From positions 5,918 to 69,917 of the IMG/VR virus record IMGVR_UViG_3300047160_002980: a DNA stretch of 64,000 nucleotides; one strand, 5' to 3'. The notes beneath the pieces are model-generated. The model worked only from the letters and a program-made list of their open reading frames with translations. It ran no database searches and was not told the DNA's origin. Shown one piece after another: positions 59,821 to 64,000 of this stretch. This DNA is from a virus. Its lineage: Duplodnaviria; Caudoviricetes. Every line of letters starts with the position of its first letter. Within the stretch, counting starts at the first letter, position 1. A program made the position numbers and the translations under genes.

Positions 59821-60096
59821 TCACTTTGTGACCGGTAGCCCACCCGAGTTGGTCGTGTGGCGGCGGTGATGCACCACCGGGGCGGACGTGGTCCTGTAGT
59901 GGGTGTGGGCGTCGTAGTGCCGGTGGTGCCGGTGATAGCGGTGCGTCGGCGGCGGCTCGACGTATTCCGGCGGGGCCGGCAGCGGCGGCGGATAGGACGC
60001 GACCACAGGTGGCGGCGGGACCGGGACCGGGACCGGGGCCGGCTGGGGCGCGCACGCCACCAGGGCAACCAAGGCGGGAACGATCAGGTGCCGCAT
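59821..60096 (-). CDS. Pro/His-rich lipoprotein
   Basis: AGGAG RBS; signal peptide with LVA-C lipobox (Cys15). Confidence 0.7.
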   Translation of the reverse strand: MRHLIVPALVALVACAPQPAPVPVPVPPPPVVASYPPPLPAPPEYVEPPPTHRYHRHHRHYDAHTHYRTTSAPVVHHRRHTTNSGGLPVTK

Positions 60097-60130
60097 TCAT
60101 CTCTCCTGCAAAGCGCCCCTAGATAGCACA

Positions 60131-60240
60131 ATGGCGGCGCAAGGGACCTCGCGCCGCCATCGGCTCCGGTTGTGCCGGACTGACCCCCACCCCTTCCACA
60201 GGACGAAAGGAGGCGGGGCGTGTTGACGCCCCGCCCTTTC
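60131..60240 (-). terminator. two GC-rich hairpins in the late-operon leader (candidate attenuator/terminator)
   Basis: ATGGCGGCGC-10-GCGCCGCCAT (60131-60160) and GGCGGGGCGT-4-ACGCCCCGCC (60212-60235) with a TCCTTTC tail on the minus strand. Confidence 0.6.
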
Positions 60241-60268
60241 ATTTCCAAAGGCAGAGGTCAGAGGACCA

Positions 60269-60298
60269 ATCATATGGGAAAGCCGGCTCGATTGTCAA
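60269..60298 (-). promoter_or_regulatory. leftward (late) sigma70 promoter TTGACA-18-TATGAT
   Basis: Read from the reverse complement of 60269-60298. Confidence 0.7.
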
Positions 60299-60320
60299 GC
60301 CGCCATTTACCCGTAACCCA

Positions 60321-60349
60321 TTGCAATATCTGACACTTTTCTATATGAT
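60321..60349 (+). promoter_or_regulatory. rightward (early) sigma70 promoter TTGCAA-17-TATGAT
   Basis: Near consensus, upstream of the CCACAGGAG RBS. Confidence 0.7.
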
Positions 60350-60374
60350 AGGCACCCCACAGGAGACCCCGACC

Positions 60375-61391
60375 ATGGCCCTGCTTATCGACGAGATTGC
60401 CCATTTCGCACCCCAGGCGCGAGCGTTAGCCGACCCGGTCCTCGATATCTACCCGGCGCTCTGTGACAAGTTGAAGGGCGCGCCGCGCTTTATCTTCGAC
60501 GAGAACGCCATCCACACCAGCGTCGAGTTGACCCTGGGGCGACCGAAACTCCTTCTCGACGCGATGCGGCACGTCCGCGTCCCCTACCCTTCGATGTGGG
60601 TCGAATGGCCCGAGTCCGGGCGGCACCGTATCCGCGAGGTCTTCCCGCATCTGAGCGACGTGCCGCCGGAACGCCCGCTGCCGCTCCGCGTCGGGTACCT
60701 CATCGAGACCGACGAGACAGGCCGGCGCGGTCTGGTGACGTGGTGCTGGAACGGACCCGACAGGGAGGAGCTTCGCGTCCTCGGTTGTTCGCCGCCGAAT
60801 GTCGCGCCGATAGGGGCCTACTTCGACCTGGACCAGCGCAAGGATCAGCCCGCCGGGATCATGGAAGGATTTCTGCGAAACAACCTCGTGCGGCTCTGGA
60901 ACGACAACCCGATACAGCGCGAGGCTCTGTTCGATATCTGGCGGACCTCCGACCACCGCTTTACCGACTGGGGCCGCAAATACCTCGTTGCCCAGGAACG
61001 GCGCGTCGGCCCGAGGGCGCTACGCGACCAGCTGCCCTACATGTGGAGCGACGTCTACGGTGAGTATATCGAGGTCTGGTCCACTATCCTGATGCTCACC
61101 GCCAGTCGGCGGATCGTGGACTATCGCCCGGTTGACCGCGCGAAGTTGAACAAAGCTCGCGCGAAGAACAAGAAGGTCCCGCTGATGGACCACACCGCCG
61201 TCACGATGCACATCGGCGAGACTCATGCCCAGGGCCAGCGCCGCCAGCCACTGGGCTACGCCCGCAAGTCGCCGCGCATCCACATGGTGTCCTCGTACCT
61301 AGCGAGACGTGGTGATAAACACTGGGTATGCTTACCCTATTGGAGGGGATCAGGTGACGTCATCCACCGAGAGGTCAGGGTCAGGAGTTAG
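60375..61391 (+). CDS. conserved early protein with C-terminal RKSPRIH motif
   Basis: AGGAG RBS; APRFIFDENA…RVPYPSMWVEW; paralog at 63124. Confidence 0.8.
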   Translation: MALLIDEIAHFAPQARALADPVLDIYPALCDKLKGAPRFIFDENAIHTSVELTLGRPKLLLDAMRHVRVPYPSMWVEWPESGRHRIREVFPHLSDVPPERPLPLRVGYLIETDETGRRGLVTWCWNGPDREELRVLGCSPPNVAPIGAYFDLDQRKDQPAGIMEGFLRNNLVRLWNDNPIQREALFDIWRTSDHRFTDWGRKYLVAQERRVGPRALRDQLPYMWSDVYGEYIEVWSTILMLTASRRIVDYRPVDRAKLNKARAKNKKVPLMDHTAVTMHIGETHAQGQRRQPLGYARKSPRIHMVSSYLARRGDKHWVCLPYWRGSGDVIHREVRVRS

Positions 61392-61893
61392 CCGTGAGCT
61401 AGTCTCCGAGTACCTGAGTTACGAACCGCAAACCGGTATCCTCCGCTGGCGTAAATCTACTTACCGACGCGGCAGACCGGGCGATATCGCTGGAGCGATC
61501 CGTGCCGGGCATCGAACCGTAAATCTGCTTGGCAGGCGCTATGTAGCGACTCACCTCATCTGGCTACTGATGACAGGCGAGTGGCCGCCAAACCAGATTG
61601 AGCATCGTAACAATGACGGCACCGACGATCGCTGGGACAACCTTCGCCCGGCGACGCAGACCCAAAACACGTACAACAATAGCATCCGCCGCGATAACAC
61701 CAGCGGATACAAGGGCGTGCATCCGTACCGGCGCGGTAACTCCTCCCGCTGGGTGGCGCAAATCGGCAAGCAGCATCTCGGCTACTTCAATGCAGCGGAG
61801 GAGGCGGCCCGCGCCTACGACGAAGCCGCAGCCGAGGCATACGGCGAATTTGCGTTCCTAAACTTCCACCGTCGGGTCCAAGTAAAGGGATAG
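61309..61893 (+). mobile_element. HNH (HNH_3-type) homing endonuclease with AP2 domain
   Basis: LSYEPQTG.LRW; IEHRNNDGTDDRWDNLR..T..QN; NTSGYKGV…HLGYF…EEAARAYD. Confidence 0.85.
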
Positions 61894-61950
61894 AAAAGAA
61901 CCCGACGTCGATTTCTTTTACTTGTATCAGGGGTGGGGATTTACTATTTT
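61894..61950 (+). promoter_or_regulatory. AAAAGAA…TTCTTTT palindrome followed by TTGTAT-17-TATTTT promoter candidate
   Basis: Same architecture as 1125-1191. Confidence 0.5.
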
Positions 61951-62012
61951 TATCTGTGAGGCGACCGCCTCTCCTGTTCCACCAGGACCACGCAAACACA
62001 AGGACTACCCCG

Positions 62013-62396
62013 ATGAAGTACAGCGTCTTCTATATGCGCCCGGACTGGTTCCGGGATGGCTCGCTCGGCGGCTTAATCTGGAACGACCCGGACCAGGAAA
62101 AGGCCCGCAAGTATCTGCCGCATCCGGCACGCCTGCGCGCGACCCATGCCTTCCTGACATCGGTTGAGGCCGACGAGGGGATCAACGGGCTGGAGCAAAT
62201 CTTTCACGACATGCAGGGCCATATCTGGTCGCCCAACGGTGAGGCGCGGAGCCTGATCGAGGCGCGCGGCCTGTCGCATACCTCGATGTCGGTCGGCGAC
62301 GCGGTCGTCGATGAAACCGGCAAGTGCTATCTCGTCGCGTCGTTCGGCTTCATCCAGTGGAACAGCGACGTCGCCCGCTGGGAGGACCTGTCGTAA
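62013..62396 (+). CDS. YodL-like domain protein
   Basis: LEQIF…HTSMSVGDAVV…YLVASFGF. Confidence 0.65.
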   Translation: MKYSVFYMRPDWFRDGSLGGLIWNDPDQEKARKYLPHPARLRATHAFLTSVEADEGINGLEQIFHDMQGHIWSPNGEARSLIEARGLSHTSMSVGDAVVDETGKCYLVASFGFIQWNSDVARWEDLS

Positions 62397-63127
62397 TGCT
62401 CCTCTACCACGGCACCAACGGTGCGTGGCTCGGCAATATCCTGCGGCGCGGCCTGGAGCCGCGCCACGGGAAGCCGGGCCGCAATAACTGGACGCATGTC
62501 CCGCATCAGTCGAATGCGCGCTGCGTCTACCTCACCAACTCCTACGCGCCCTACTTCGCTTTCAACGCGGCGCAGGGCGACCCCGGATACTGCGCCGTCG
62601 TCGAGATCGACACCGACCGGCTGGACACCGACAACCTGTACCCGGATGAAGATTTCCTGGAACAGGCGAGCCGTAACAGCAGGGTCGATGGAATGCCGCC
62701 CGGTCTCAACATGTCCGGGCGGACCCTGTGGTTCCGCAAGCGCCAGTTCGACTATGGCGCTGACTGGGGATACCGGGACCCGGACACCAAGCTGCCGACG
62801 ACGTGGTGGGAAGCCAGCCTGAAGTTTCTCGGGACCTGTTGCCATCGCGGGACGATCCCGGCTTCGGCGATCACCCGCGCCGTCTCCTGGCCGGACAAGC
62901 CGAATATCGGGCTGCACTTCGTCTGGGACCCGACGATCACGATTCTCAACCAGCGGATCGTCGGCGCGCAGTATCAGGCCCTGACCGCCAAGCTGTTTGG
63001 CGACGAGACGCCCCGGTTTGAGCCGGTCACCGTGGTCGCGACCGGCGAGCAGATCGAGAATTTCGATCAGCGCGCGGTTGACGCCTTCGACCCGGCGGGA
63101 ATCGCAGACCTTCGGCGATTCCCATGA
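62396..63127 (+). CDS. ADP-ribosyltransferase-fold protein (H-Y-E/KptA-like clade)
   Basis: LYHGT…I.RRGLEP…VYLT…VVEID…IP..AI; TAATG coupling. Confidence 0.65.
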   Translation: MLLYHGTNGAWLGNILRRGLEPRHGKPGRNNWTHVPHQSNARCVYLTNSYAPYFAFNAAQGDPGYCAVVEIDTDRLDTDNLYPDEDFLEQASRNSRVDGMPPGLNMSGRTLWFRKRQFDYGADWGYRDPDTKLPTTWWEASLKFLGTCCHRGTIPASAITRAVSWPDKPNIGLHFVWDPTITILNQRIVGAQYQALTAKLFGDETPRFEPVTVVATGEQIENFDQRAVDAFDPAGIADLRRFP

Positions 63128-64000
63128 AGACCCCGCGCGACCTCAGCCTGATGGACGCGGTCCACGCCTGGACCTTCGACCCCAGGGTAAACAGTCATCC
63201 GGTGACCGGCCTGGGCAAGGCGGTCCTGATGAAGCAGCGTCAGCGGTTGCGGGCGGCAGAGCGGTTTGTGCTGGATGACGAGGCCGTGCGCCTCGTCTGC
63301 CGTCTATCGCACGAGGCCGACCGGCTGGCCGGATGGTCCTTCCTGGCGCGCCTGCCCTACGACACCCTGTGGATTGAGTTCAGCCTGCACGTCCGCTGCG
63401 ACGAGTACGAGAAGATGGGGTCGCTCAACGCCCCCTTTGACCCGGAGGACGTATCGGAGCGCCTGGGCTATCTCCTGTTCAAGGACGGCGGCGGCAGCGA
63501 CGCGCGCTGGGTCTGCCACGAGTTTCAGATCGTCAACAACCAGCCGACATGCGGGATGTTCGCCTACGTCTTCGATCCCGAGGGTGATGCCGTTGTCCCG
63601 GTCAAGGGCAGCGATCTCTGGCGATCCCCGACCCTGTCGCTGATCCCCGGCTTCCCGCGCGTGAAGGCGAAGAACAGCGCGACCGGGGTGACCTACGAGA
63701 TCGACCCGGAGTTTATGCTGGCCGGTATCTTCGAACAGGACGCGGAGCAGCACGCCACCGCGCCGATCTGGTTTATCAACCGGTCGGCGGTCATCATCGA
63801 CCCGTTCTGGAACGCCCGATTCGGCACCGACAAGATCAGTCAGCACTTCCCGACCTTCGCCACCGAGCTACAAGAACTGCGCGGCAGCCTGCGCTGGCTC
63901 GTCGTTCTCCTGGCGACGATCAACGGATTGCCCCGCGACGTGAAGCCCGCCGTGACCCGGCCCGGCAAGCGCGCCGTCGGGATGAACCTCCTGCCCTACT
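63124..64000 (+). CDS. paralog of the 60375 protein, truncated by the window end
   Basis: ATGA overlap; RLRAAERFVLDDEA…RLPYDTLWIEF; no stop codon before the end. Confidence 0.75.
   Translation, partial: MKTPRDLSLMDAVHAWTFDPRVNSHPVTGLGKAVLMKQRQRLRAAERFVLDDEAVRLVCRLSHEADRLAGWSFLARLPYDTLWIEFSLHVRCDEYEKMGSLNAPFDPEDVSERLGYLLFKDGGGSDARWVCHEFQIVNNQPTCGMFAYVFDPEGDAVVPVKGSDLWRSPTLSLIPGFPRVKAKNSATGVTYEIDPEFMLAGIFEQDAEQHATAPIWFINRSAVIIDPFWNARFGTDKISQHFPTFATELQELRGSLRWLVVLLATINGLPRDVKPAVTRPGKRAVGMNLLPY

Noticed and set aside
61309-61893. HNH as a terminase-associated packaging nuclease
   Set aside because: It carries an AP2 domain, lies in the early region and is on the opposite strand from terS/terL

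Overview
The whole window is part of one GC-rich tailed phage genome with a contractile (myovirus-type) tail. It probably infects an alphaproteobacterium, inferred from GapR-like and GcrA-like genes. Family calls come from recognising motifs by eye; no database search was run. Layout: (1) 1-4292 (+): small early ORFs behind sigma70-like promoters. (2) 4320-13098 (-): replication/regulatory block with an Ig-like protein, candidate late regulator, HTH, PD-(D/E)XK nucleases and TOPRIM primase-AAA helicase, with a perfect AT palindrome just downstream of the primase (candidate origin). (3) 13150-17330: GapR-like gene and a RecT recombination module. (4) 60096 down to 17526 (-): an almost uninterrupted late operon of about 43 kb. 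It runs lipoprotein, an 8-gene modification cluster (unknown, IbrA-like PAPS-reductase-fold protein, glycosyltransferase, DPPY methyltransferase-like protein, IbrB-like ParB, SAM decarboxylase, second glycosyltransferase, second ParB), TerS, TerL, portal, head, neck, sheath, tube, chaperones, tape measure with two peptidoglycan-hydrolase domains, baseplate, and three fibres each ending in a Peptidase_S74 chaperone. (5) 60375-64000 (+): early genes including HNH-AP2, YodL-like and ADP-ribosyltransferase-fold proteins. The most promising novelties are the modification cluster upstream of terS (SAM decarboxylase beside a short amino-methyltransferase-like gene with no spermidine synthase, suggesting aminopropyl/glycosyl hypermodification), a central spike fused to a long receptor-binding fibre, and an appendage module present twice, fused once to the head-tail connector and once to a baseplate wedge protein. 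No integrase, DNA polymerase, stand-alone endolysin, tRNA or CRISPR array was seen.
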